Positions 50,901-58,752 of a DNA stretch of 64,000 nucleotides are shown here, one piece after another. The notes under the pieces were generated by a model. It saw only the letters and a program-made list of their open reading frames with translations, had not been told where the DNA came from and made no database searches. The position numbers and the translations under genes are program-made. How positions within the stretch are numbered: position 1 is the first letter of the stretch; each line of letters opens with the position of its first letter. Source of the stretch: Gammaproteobacteria bacterium (GTDB lineage Bacteria; Pseudomonadota; Gammaproteobacteria; Eutrophobiales; Eutrophobiaceae); contig OZ242192.1 in assembly GCA_965205955.1 (NCBI GenBank), positions 949,188 through 1,013,187 of the forward strand. The letters are read 5' to 3'.

Positions 50901-51395
50901 GAAGAGTTGCCCGTCAATCAGGATGGCTTGATATTGATTGGCGGGGCGCAGTTGATGCTGGGTTATCTGAAAGATGAGGGAAAAACCGATGAGGTGATTA
51001 CCGAGATCGACGGCCGGCGCTGGTATAAAACCGGCGATAAGGGCCACCTCGATGAGGATGGCTTTTTAAGCATTGTCGACCGCTATTCCCGCTTTGCAAA
51101 ACTTGGCGGTGAAATGATTAGTTTAACCGCTGTCGAGGAGCAAATACGCACCGCATTGCAGCAACCCGAACTGGAATTGGCGGCAATAAACCTGGCCGAT
51201 GAGAAAAAGGGAGAAAAGATCATGGTAATTGTTGCCGATGAGTATGATCTTGAAACCGTCAGAAAGGCCATGCTTGAAAGTAACAGCAATCCGCTAATGA
51301 TTCCCAGCGAGCTGAGGGTCGTGGAGGAGGTGCCCAAACTGGGTAGCGGGAAAACGGATTTTATCGCTGCCAGAAGACTGTTGCTCGGTGATTGA
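47949..51395 (+). CDS. aas: MFS (LplT) + acyltransferase + acyl-ACP synthetase fusion
   Basis: N-terminal MFS (SPAKYG), NHISWLD and FPEG (PlsC), FSSGSEGEPKGV, YGATE, TGD, GSGK. Confidence 0.92.
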   Translation: MIRLFRFTGFLPYILMVFFNAFVDLGHKIIIQNSVFKVYDNQAQIILTAIVNGLILLPFIMMFSPAGYCSDKYPKNKVMRISAWVAVGLTLLITLFYYLGWFWPAFAMTFMLALQSAFYSPAKYGYIKELVGKENLAGGNGLVQTATTIAILSGIFVFSILFEARLAGVSYDGKSSLLTHIAPLGWCLVGFSLIELALAYALPQKKETDREMYFDWEKYRRGQYLRDNLTVVLRHEVIFLSIIGLSVFWAVSQVVLAAFPAHAKETMSITNTVIIQGTIACAGFGIMLGSLVAGHISKTHIETGLIPIGSVGIALCLFVLPRLHDVVALAVNFLFWGMAGGVLIISLNALIQFHAVKDQAGRVLAGNNFIQNLTMFSFLVLTVVFALVGIGSYGLFMLLFIVALGGAIYTVYKLPQSLLRFMIGHLIGYKYRLEVLGLKNLPESGGVLMLGNHISWLDWAIVQMASPRPIRFVMIRDIYERWYLKWFFSIFDVIPISTGGSLTALKEINASLGKGDAVCLFPEGTISRTGQMTKLQKGFEKAGKGTHAVILPFYLRGLWGSRFSRSSKKLRGMRDAGVKRDIIVTFGETLSIDSSAETVKKRIFDLSIDSWQCYAQTLQPIASAFVDSSKRDKGEPAIIDPLTGTLSRSALLAGVICFSRLIKRYSPEPNIGLLLPMGSAGAIANMAALMRGKTVVNLNFTAGREALRAAVKKADIKTIYTSERFLKKLVSRGIDVREIFPDATLLYMERLRGEISSTARLVAFVMAVILPARLLKLLYCKSVDIEKPAAILFSSGSEGEPKGVMLSHKNIMANLKQISDVLNTQDTDIVMATLPLFHAFGLTVTTMMPLVEGVPIVCHPDPTDAVNIAKLIAEYRATIFCGTSTFLRLYIKNKRVHPLMLESLRIVVAGAEKLSPEVREAFKLKFNKDIYEGYGATETTPVASVNVPDALDVNYWQVQLGSKAGTVGMPLPGSSFRIVDPESMEELPVNQDGLILIGGAQLMLGYLKDEGKTDEVITEIDGRRWYKTGDKGHLDEDGFLSIVDRYSRFAKLGGEMISLTAVEEQIRTALQQPELELAAINLADEKKGEKIMVIVADEYDLETVRKAMLESNSNPLMIPSELRVVEEVPKLGSGKTDFIAARRLLLGD

Positions 51396-51500
51396 ATTAA
51401 GGGAGCTTCAAATGGCAAAACTTGTGCGTGACACTGTAGCGAAATATAACACGTAAGATGACCCTCGTTGAGGACCTGGCTTAAATCGGGAAATAGGCAT

Positions 51501-52142
51501 ATGAATCGTAATCCAACCCAAGACAATGAAGACCGTATCCGTCGTGCGCGCAGTTGGTGCCAACAGGCAGAGCGGGCAACGGTGTTGGAAGAGCGTTTTT
51601 TGTTTTTTTGGATTGCCTTTGATGCCGCTTACGGCCAGGCCCAAAGCCAGGATAAAGATAAGAAGGCCACGGCATCCGAAGCACGCGCGCAATTCATTGA
51701 ACGCATTGTTGCCCATGATGCGCAAAAGAAACTATACGCATCCATCAGCGGGATGCTGGATGGTCCCGTGCGCGTCTTGATGAAAAACAAATATATTTAC
51801 GAACCGTTTTGGGAGGCGCATAGAGAAAATCAGGGCAATGAATGGGAAAAGGGATTTAAGGATCACAATAAGAGAACATACAGAGCATGGGTAAAAGGTA
51901 AAACCGGTCGTATGCTGCAAGAAATTTTGTGGCGGCTTTATACGCTGCGCAATCAAATGGTGCATGGCGGTATGACTTATGGCGAAAGCTGGGGGCAAGA
52001 CCAACTGCGTGACAGTAATCAAATTTTGTCTAAACTCGTTCCTCTGATTATTGAAATCATGGCCGCCGATATAGCCGGCAACCCTGGCACTGAAGAGTGG
52101 GGGATGGTTGCCTATCCCAGGTTTGAAAAATTGCCGCAATAA
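51501..52142 (+). CDS. Solo HEPN-domain protein (ApeA-like HEPN family)
   Basis: FLFFWIAFDAAY and LYTLRNQMVHGG (RxxxxH RNase motif). Confidence 0.8.
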   Translation: MNRNPTQDNEDRIRRARSWCQQAERATVLEERFLFFWIAFDAAYGQAQSQDKDKKATASEARAQFIERIVAHDAQKKLYASISGMLDGPVRVLMKNKYIYEPFWEAHRENQGNEWEKGFKDHNKRTYRAWVKGKTGRMLQEILWRLYTLRNQMVHGGMTYGESWGQDQLRDSNQILSKLVPLIIEIMAADIAGNPGTEEWGMVAYPRFEKLPQ

Positions 52143-52309
52143 CCCCGCCGCTTTTTCTTAAGGCTGTTTTCAGCAGCTGAGTTGATCAATCTATACGTAT
52201 GAGCGTTTCGGGTATGGAATACTCCATGCCCGCGCTTATTCTTATGGCCTCAGGCCAATCTGACGGTTGCCTTATTATAACCGATTTTGGAAGGCTCTTA
52301 GAGGTCCCT

Positions 52310-53686
52310 TTAAAATTCAAGGTGTTTCGGCACTCTTGGAAAGGGGATCACATCACGGATGTTGCCGATCCCGGATATCAGCATCAGCAGGCGTTCAAAA
52401 CCGAGACCGAATCCAGCGTGTGGGACTGTGCCGTATTTGCGCGTATCCAGATACCACCAGTAATCCTTCTCATCAAAACCGCATTCATTGATCCTGCCCT
52501 TCAATACCTCGTATCTTTCTTCACGCTGACTGCCGCCTATGATCTCGCCAATCACCGGAACTAATATATCCATTGCCGCGACTGTTTTTCCATCATCATT
52601 GAGACGCATATAGAATGCCTTGATGTCCTTTGGATAGTCATGCACGATCACCGGCCGTTTAAAGTATTCTTCGGTCAGATAGCGCTCATGCTCCGACTGT
52701 AAATCCTTGCCCCAATCCGGTTTGTATACGAATGGCCGGTCCGCCTTTTGCAGCAACTCGATTGCCTCGGTATAGGACAAACGGATAAAGCTGCCGCTCA
52801 CTATATTTTCCAGTGTGTTCATCAGGTCCCGGTTGACAAATTTTGCGAATAATTCCAGGTCTTCGCCGCATTGCGCCATCGTGTAGCGGACCAGATATTG
52901 AATAAATTCTTCTCCCAGATCCATGTCATCACGCAGATCGGCGAACGCCATTTCCGGCTCTATCATCCAGAATTCTGCCATGTGCCGGCTGGTGTTGGAA
53001 TTTTCCGCCCGGAATGTGGGGCCAAATGTATATACATTGCCGAGACTCAGGCAAAAGGTTTCTACCGAAAGCTGGCCGGAAACCGTCAGCCCTGCCTGTT
53101 TGCCAAAAAAATCCTCGCTGAAATCCGTCTTGCCCTCTTTTTTCGGCACATTATCCAGGTCCAGCGTGGTTACCTGAAACATCTCACCCGCGCCTTCACA
53201 ATCGGAGCCGGTAATAATCGGCGTGTGTATCCAGTTAAACCCCCGTTCCTGGAAAAACCGGTGTATGGCAAAGGATAGTTTTGAACGGATGCGAAAGATT
53301 GCGCTGTATTTGTTGGATCGAGGGCGCAGGTGCGCAATCGTTCTCAGGTATTCGTCGGTATGGCGCTTTTTTTGCAATGGGAAGTCTTCCGGCGCATGGC
53401 CGATAATTTCAACAGAGGACGCGCGCATTTCCCATTTTTGCTTTTTGCCCGGTGAAGCGAGCAGGCTTCCGCAGACTGCGATGGAGGCGCCCGTCGAGAC
53501 CTCGGCAATCCTCTGATAGTTTTCGGTATTATTATCTGCGATGATTTGTATGTTCGACAGGCATGAACCGTCGTTCAGTTCGATGAATGAGAAATCCTTG
53601 CTGTCGCGCCGTGTTCTCACCCAGCCGGCAACGGAGACTCGCTCCCGCGCCTCGGTGGATGCCAGTAGTTCCTCAATCCTTGTCAT
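52310..53686 (-). CDS. asnS: Asparagine--tRNA ligase
   Basis: [49 protein letters not shown]. Confidence 0.97.
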   Translation of the reverse strand: MTRIEELLASTEARERVSVAGWVRTRRDSKDFSFIELNDGSCLSNIQIIADNNTENYQRIAEVSTGASIAVCGSLLASPGKKQKWEMRASSVEIIGHAPEDFPLQKKRHTDEYLRTIAHLRPRSNKYSAIFRIRSKLSFAIHRFFQERGFNWIHTPIITGSDCEGAGEMFQVTTLDLDNVPKKEGKTDFSEDFFGKQAGLTVSGQLSVETFCLSLGNVYTFGPTFRAENSNTSRHMAEFWMIEPEMAFADLRDDMDLGEEFIQYLVRYTMAQCGEDLELFAKFVNRDLMNTLENIVSGSFIRLSYTEAIELLQKADRPFVYKPDWGKDLQSEHERYLTEEYFKRPVIVHDYPKDIKAFYMRLNDDGKTVAAMDILVPVIGEIIGGSQREERYEVLKGRINECGFDEKDYWWYLDTRKYGTVPHAGFGLGFERLLMLISGIGNIRDVIPFPRVPKHLEF

Positions 53687-53735
53687 TGTCTGGCAAGGGG
53701 GCATATAAGGCCGGGTAAAATATGCCGGATCATCT

Positions 53736-54674
53736 TCATGGTTCGATTTTAATATATTCTTTTTTAGCGGCGCGACTGGTGCCCACGAGCAACCGTTTTT
53801 TCCCGGCGGCATCTTCCTCGATATGTCCCGCCGCCGCAATGCGTTCGCCCACCACAGCCTGACCGATGTATGTTGATGTGTAACTTACAATTTCGGAAAT
53901 ATCGGCATAATCAATTGTATACCGCGCCGGATAATCGTAGCTGTATCGATCATTGATGACCATTGCGCTTAATGCAATGAACCCCCGCTTTTTAAATGGC
54001 CCCTTGTCCACGGGGCATTCGCTGGCAAGAGGGATCAGGCTGATATCGACTTTGCTGGATTTACAGATGAATTTGTTGAATTTTCGCTTCTCATGGGCGT
54101 AATACTCGTCGAAGCTGAGTTCGCAATCACGGCGTTGATATGTAATGCGCCAGTCTGCATCGCTGAGCGGAGATAGTTTTCCGTCTTTCAGCAATTGTTT
54201 GCAGTGCTCCCGTACTGTGAGATGGTGATCGCGCCCGTACACGAGCAGGTCAATGTCCGACCGTTCATTGTGGGCGTCGATCAGCAGGGAGCCGGTTATT
54301 CCCAGCCGTTCTATCGGAACACCGCTGTCCAGTAGCAGCCTTATGCAATGACGGGCATCGCACTGTTTTGCATCATTCGCCCCCGATTGCAATAATCGCC
54401 GCAGTCCCGACTCCGGCCGCAGGATGGTCTTTATGTCCCCCACGGGAACGGCATGCATCAGCACGTCGGCAAACTTGCTGTGGTAAATGTATTCTGGATG
54501 TTTCCGCTTGAGAAAGGCGTCCGCCGCCTCGTCCTCCAGTTTGTGAAATTGATTTTGTTTATCCCGGTAATATCTGCATGTAACGAGCGCGCAATTATTC
54601 TCGATAATACTGCTGACGACCGCGCAAAACAGGTCATCTTCGGTTTGTATATAATCTTTTGGGCGCAAGTCCAT
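53736..54674 (-). CDS. Predicted nucleotidyltransferase (pol-beta superfamily, resembles archaeal COG1665-type proteins)
   Basis: LGITGSLL...SDIDLLVYG (GS...DxD); C-terminal OB-like region Y.GQA..GE.I...G. Confidence 0.7.
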   Translation of the reverse strand: MDLRPKDYIQTEDDLFCAVVSSIIENNCALVTCRYYRDKQNQFHKLEDEAADAFLKRKHPEYIYHSKFADVLMHAVPVGDIKTILRPESGLRRLLQSGANDAKQCDARHCIRLLLDSGVPIERLGITGSLLIDAHNERSDIDLLVYGRDHHLTVREHCKQLLKDGKLSPLSDADWRITYQRRDCELSFDEYYAHEKRKFNKFICKSSKVDISLIPLASECPVDKGPFKKRGFIALSAMVINDRYSYDYPARYTIDYADISEIVSYTSTYIGQAVVGERIAAAGHIEEDAAGKKRLLVGTSRAAKKEYIKIEP

Positions 54675-55261
54675 CAGGATATACGCAATTTTTTTATTTG
54701 TTCATGCCTAAAACAGGATGTTATATGATCATTTACCATGCCGGTTGCCTGCATGTGCGCATAGCAAATTGTCGAGCCGACGAAGTTGAAACCGTGCCGC
54801 TTCAAGTCTTTGGACATTGAATCCGACAGCTCGGTTTTTGCCGGTATTTCTTCCCGGGTTTTATGTTTGTTCTGCAGCGGCTTGCCGTCCACGAATTGCC
54901 ACATATATCTGTTGAAGGTGCCGAATTCTTTGCGCACTTCGATAAATGCCTTTGCATTGCGCACCGCACTGCGTAGTTTCAGTTCATTTCTGATTATGCC
55001 CGGGTTATCCAATAACGATTGAATTTTTTCCTCGCCATACAATGCAATTTTCTTGTAATCAAATTTATCGAATGCCTTGCGATAGGCCTCCCGCTTGCGC
55101 AGCACGGTTATCCAGCTCAGACCGGCTTGTGCCCCTTCGAGGATCAGAAACTCGAACCATTTGCGGTCGGAAGTTACCGGCAGGCCCCATTCCCGGTCAT
55201 GGTATCTTCGGTACAAAGGGTCCTGTCCGCACCATTCACAGCGCTTTTTCGTTACCGCCAT
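54674..55261 (-). CDS. tag: DNA-3-methyladenine glycosylase I
   Basis: RCEW, YHDREWG, LEGAQAGLSW, F.FVG.TICYA.MQA.G.VNDH..C. Confidence 0.96.
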   Translation of the reverse strand: MAVTKKRCEWCGQDPLYRRYHDREWGLPVTSDRKWFEFLILEGAQAGLSWITVLRKREAYRKAFDKFDYKKIALYGEEKIQSLLDNPGIIRNELKLRSAVRNAKAFIEVRKEFGTFNRYMWQFVDGKPLQNKHKTREEIPAKTELSDSMSKDLKRHGFNFVGSTICYAHMQATGMVNDHITSCFRHEQIKKLRIS

Positions 55262-55668
55262 CGTGATTGATTCTGATGAAAGATGTGTTTGCAATCCTTA
55301 TTAATAGTACCAAATCTGCAAGCGCGGGCAAGCGGCAAGTGCGGGTATGTGTCCGGTAAACCGATTATTTGTCTGAATCCGTGCGGCAATCTGCATTGGG
55401 AATTTGGGGCTAGAGCTCAGTCTATCCTCTAATGCAGAGAGCGTTATAACCATGTTCTTTGCAGGGAGTAGCGGCAGGCTGCCCGCACCCGTCTCTGCCA
55501 CAGTGGCAGGTGAATAATGCGCTGGACTTGAATCGCTTTGGTGGGCAATATGAGTGGGTAGATACGAGTACTGGATTGAGATTATGAGGGGGAATTGCGT
55601 TCGTACTGGCCGCCTCTCTATTCATATTGGGGAGGCACGTGGTTGGCCATCTCCTTGTAGGCGCAAGA

Positions 55669-55703
55669 CCCCCTCACTCTGGCCTTCTCCCAGAGGGAGA
55701 GGG
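55669..55703. repeat. Short palindromic intergenic repeat (CCCTCACxCTxxCCxTCTCCC...GGGAGAGGG type)
   Basis: CCCCCTCACTCTGGCCTTCTCCCAGAGGGAGAGGG; pyrimidine tract followed by a TCTCCC/GGGAGA hairpin. Confidence 0.65.
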
Positions 55704-55819
55704 TGATATCTTTGGTAAAGGGCAGGCCAAGGCTATTTTGAGTGGCGAGGGCCTGTTATGCCGGGGCTATCATGAAGACCGGAAGATTTCCTGATTCTTT
55801 AAGATATAATTTAGTTGTT

Positions 55820-55880
55820 GTAAATAATTCTTATTTGTGTTATCATTCTTATCTGTGTTATCATTCTTATTTGTGTATTC
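55820..55880. promoter_or_regulatory. Fur-box-like operator with three tandem 18-bp repeats upstream of bfd
   Basis: ATTCTTATTTGTGTTATC / ATTCTTATCTGTGTTATC / ATTCTTATTTGTGTATTC (55827-55880); the reverse strand reads (A/G)ATAAGAATGATAAC, built of GATAAT-like hexamers. Confidence 0.7.
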
Positions 55881-55906
55881 ATCCCGTATCATCGAGAGGA
55901 TAGTTG

Positions 55907-56086
55907 ATGTATGTGTGCGTCTGTAATGCGGTTACCAGGAAGGATATCGAGGTAGCGATTGCCGAGGGGGCGAACTGCCTGGAACATTTGTGTGAGCGGC
56001 TGGATGTTTCTCTTTGTTGTGGCGCCTGTGCCGAGGCGGTCAATGCGTGTCTGGAGGAGGGCTTGCCGGGTAAGGCAGACAGGTAA
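55907..56086 (+). CDS. bfd: Bacterioferritin-associated [2Fe-2S] ferredoxin
   Basis: MYVCVCNAVT...CCGAC; GAGAGGA RBS. Confidence 0.9.
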   Translation: MYVCVCNAVTRKDIEVAIAEGANCLEHLCERLDVSLCCGACAEAVNACLEEGLPGKADR

Positions 56087-56124
56087 CTAAAATGCTGTAT
56101 TGCAGGGCTTGAATTTGTAAATAT

Positions 56125-56145
56125 AAATAAGAATAATTCTTGTTT
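56125..56145. promoter_or_regulatory. Fur-box-like palindrome
   Basis: AAATAAGAAT-A-ATTCTTGTTT, near-perfect inverted repeat upstream of the porin-like gene. Confidence 0.7.
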
Positions 56146-56178
56146 AGATTAGTTTTATAATTTTTATATTAATAGGGG

Positions 56179-56976
56179 GTGCTGATGAAATATAAATCAA
56201 GTACATTGCCCGATTGGGGTGTTGATCTGGGGAGGGTTTCCCGAATCGTACCGGGGTTCTGTGGTGCGCTTGTGCGCATGTTGTGTGTCTTGTTGCTGTC
56301 GGCCTGGATGGGGCCGGCGGTGGCTTGGGAGTTTGAGGGTGTGTTGTCGTATGACAGCCGCTATATAGGCGCCGGCAACACTAATGAGCTGACGCACGGC
56401 GGTATCGGAACCCTGGAACTGGGGCTGGAGAAGGAAACCGAATGGGGCCGCTTCAGCCATGGTATCGAGCTGATTTTGGCGACTTCCGTAAATTATAAGG
56501 AATCCGTGCTCTCGGTCGGATATGGGCGGGATATCGGCGCTTTTGACCTTTCACTTTCCTACGCACACCTCGAATTTGACGGCGATGCCGGCGAGGATGG
56601 GGCCGAAGATAAGGAGGGAGATAATGAATGGGCGGCGGAACTCTCCTGGACAGGGTGGGAGGCCGTAACGCCAAATCTCGAATACCTCTACTCGGATAAT
56701 GCCAAAGGTGGGCTACTGACCTTCACCTTGGAAGGCGAGATCGAGATCGCCGGGCAGAGCCTGTCGCCGTATCTGCTGATCGATTTTGACTATGATTACG
56801 TGTCGCCGGAATACGAAGGCCTGAACAGTATTGGAGGCGGTGTTGCATGGAGCATGCCGCTGGGAAATCATCTGGAAATGACGGTTCACCTTTCCTACGC
56901 AAACGCGCAAAGGAACCTGCGCCTGGAGGGTGAAGACCGCGATTACTTTTGGGGAGGTGTGAGTTTTTCGCTATGA
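56179..56976 (+). CDS. Putative acidic outer-membrane beta-barrel (porin-like) protein
   Basis: Signal-peptide-like segment ending AVA-W, alternating amphipathic strands rich in G/Y/W/F, SRYI near the mature N-terminus, C-terminal YFWGGVSFSL; true start uncertain (56185 or 56278). Confidence 0.6.
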   Translation: MLMKYKSSTLPDWGVDLGRVSRIVPGFCGALVRMLCVLLLSAWMGPAVAWEFEGVLSYDSRYIGAGNTNELTHGGIGTLELGLEKETEWGRFSHGIELILATSVNYKESVLSVGYGRDIGAFDLSLSYAHLEFDGDAGEDGAEDKEGDNEWAAELSWTGWEAVTPNLEYLYSDNAKGGLLTFTLEGEIEIAGQSLSPYLLIDFDYDYVSPEYEGLNSIGGGVAWSMPLGNHLEMTVHLSYANAQRNLRLEGEDRDYFWGGVSFSL

Positions 56977-57037
56977 AACATATCAAAACATTATTTTTGA
57001 GGAGGTCTAATTTCGCTATGAAACATATCAAAACATT
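56966..57037 (+). repeat. Direct duplication (45-bp period) of RBS plus first codons
   Basis: TTTCGCTATGAAACATATCAAAACATT exact at 56966-56992 and 57011-57037, each preceded by GGAGGT. Confidence 0.9.
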
Positions 57038-57584
57038 TCTAATTCCGCTCGTCGCTGCTATCCCACTGTGGCTGTCGGCTTGGCCAGCGCAGGCGCTTGA
57101 GCTGGTGATCGGCGAAGAGACCGTGAAGCCGGGCATTGTTTTTATCTTTGAAGGGGCGATCAAGGACACTGTATCACCCGCGGCGCAACATCTGGATGTG
57201 AGTCAGACCGACGTGCATATCGAGGCGCGGGTGAACTGGGATGAGTCGGGCTCGGTGCCGGAGGGTACGCCGCGCGGGGGGTTTGTGCCATATCTGCAGA
57301 TCAATGCGGTGATTACCAGTGAGACGACCGGGGAGTCGGTGCATGCGACCTTGGTGCCGCATGCGAATCTGGTTGATAATTTCCACTACGCGCGCAATAT
57401 CGCGTTGCCGTCGGCGCTCACCGACAAATATGAAGTGGTCTTTCATGTGCATCCGCCGGGCGAGTTCGATCTGGCCTTTCATAAGGATTGGGTGAGCGCC
57501 CACGGTACGCCGTTGATGCAGCCGGAATCTTTCCGCTACCGTGGCGTAAATTTCGAGGCGATTGCCAAGGCGACGCGCGAGTAG
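57018..57584 (+). CDS. P19/Tp34/FetP-like periplasmic metal-binding iron-transport protein
   Basis: Signal peptide (AQA), DVHIEA, FVPYL, HYARNI, FHKD align by eye with P19 DIHLEA, WMPYL, HYGANI, RHVD; alternative in-frame start at 56973. Confidence 0.8.
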   Translation: MKHIKTFLIPLVAAIPLWLSAWPAQALELVIGEETVKPGIVFIFEGAIKDTVSPAAQHLDVSQTDVHIEARVNWDESGSVPEGTPRGGFVPYLQINAVITSETTGESVHATLVPHANLVDNFHYARNIALPSALTDKYEVVFHVHPPGEFDLAFHKDWVSAHGTPLMQPESFRYRGVNFEAIAKATRE

Positions 57585-57616
57585 TGTGTCTGCCCGTGCG
57601 GGTATTTGTGAAATAT

Positions 57617-57643
57617 AAATCTAATTTATTCTCATTTTCATTT
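57617..57643. promoter_or_regulatory. Fur-box-like site upstream of fbpA
   Basis: Reverse strand AAATGAAAATGAGAATAAATTAGATTT. Confidence 0.6.
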
Positions 57644-57679
57644 AGAGTCTGTATGTAAGATAGCGGGGTTAGCAAGGAT

Positions 57680-58681
57680 ATGCAGAGACTGTTGTTGTTA
57701 TTATCGATCTTTCTGTCCAATGGAATGGCGGCGGAAGTGAATGTTTATTCTGCGCGCAAGCAGGCGCTGATTGAACCGTTGCTGGATCAGTTCACGCAGC
57801 AGACCGGTATAGCGGTGAATCTGGTGACCGGCGAGGCCGATACCTTGATTAAACGGTTGGAGGCCGAGGGGCGCCATTCGCCGGCGGATGTGTTGATCGC
57901 AACCGATGTCGCCCGTCTTTACCGGGCCGCCAGGCTGGAATTGTTCCAGCAAATCGATTCGGAGCTTTTGCGCTCTTCTGTTCCGGCGCAATATCGTGAT
58001 GTGAATAACAGTTGGTTTGGTCTGTCGCTGCGGTCGCGGATTATTGTTTACTCTCCCAAGAGAGTTGGCACGGACGAACTGCGGGATTATCTGTCCCTGA
58101 GTGATGCAAAATGGCACGGGCGCATCTGCGTACGTTCTTCATCCAATTCCTACAACCAATCGCTGGTGGCGGCCCTCATTGCGCGCCATGGTATGCAAAA
58201 AACAGAGCAATGGGCGGATGATTTTGTAAAGAATTTTGCTCGACCTCCCACGGGGGGAGATCGCGATCAGATCCGCGCCGTTGCATCCGGGGAATGCGAT
58301 ATAGCTCTGGTAAATAATTATTATCTGGCGGGCATGCTGGACTCGAGCAGAAAACAGGAGGTCGAGGTTGCACAGGCTGTTGATTTATTCTGGCCCAATC
58401 AGGACACCAACGGCGCCCATGTCAATATCAGCGGAGCGGGCGTAGCGCGCTATGCAAGGAACAAGGAAAATGCTGTCAAGCTGTTAGAATTTTTAGTCGG
58501 CGATGTGGCGCAACATTGGTTTGCCGCTGCAAATCACGAGTATCCCGTCAAGCCGGGCATACAGGCCAGTAGCATTCTAAGTCAATGGGGTGAATTCAAA
58601 CCGGACAATATTGAACTGAACCGGCTGGGTATGCTGAACAAACCGGCCGTTTTGTTAATGGACCGCGCGGGATGGTGGTGA
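57680..58681 (+). CDS. fbpA: Fe(III) ABC transporter substrate-binding protein (FutA/FbpA type)
   Basis: VYSARK, SPAD, SNSYNQSL, GGDRDQI, NNYYL, HVNISGAG, N.EYP. Confidence 0.93.
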   Translation: MQRLLLLLSIFLSNGMAAEVNVYSARKQALIEPLLDQFTQQTGIAVNLVTGEADTLIKRLEAEGRHSPADVLIATDVARLYRAARLELFQQIDSELLRSSVPAQYRDVNNSWFGLSLRSRIIVYSPKRVGTDELRDYLSLSDAKWHGRICVRSSSNSYNQSLVAALIARHGMQKTEQWADDFVKNFARPPTGGDRDQIRAVASGECDIALVNNYYLAGMLDSSRKQEVEVAQAVDLFWPNQDTNGAHVNISGAGVARYARNKENAVKLLEFLVGDVAQHWFAAANHEYPVKPGIQASSILSQWGEFKPDNIELNRLGMLNKPAVLLMDRAGWW

Positions 58682-58752
58682 TTTTCTTACAAAAGCCCAT
58701 TGGGATCTCTTCGCCTGACCGTTATTTTGCATAGTTAGCGCGGGCTTCAGCA

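Noticed and set aside
52150-52305. Possible IS-end-like sequences downstream of the HEPN gene
   Set aside because: No matching inverted pair or transposase fragment could be established
51501-54674. HEPN gene plus nucleotidyltransferase as a HEPN-MNT toxin-antitoxin pair
   Set aside because: Opposite strands, separated by asnS, and the NTase is about three times the size of a minimal MNT
55440-55520. Cobalamin riboswitch candidate (GCCACTG on the minus strand)
   Set aside because: Other B12-box elements are absent and no cobalamin-related gene lies downstream
55827-55880. Tandem 18-bp repeats as a possible CRISPR array
   Set aside because: No spacers, unit too short, no cas genes; better explained as an operator array
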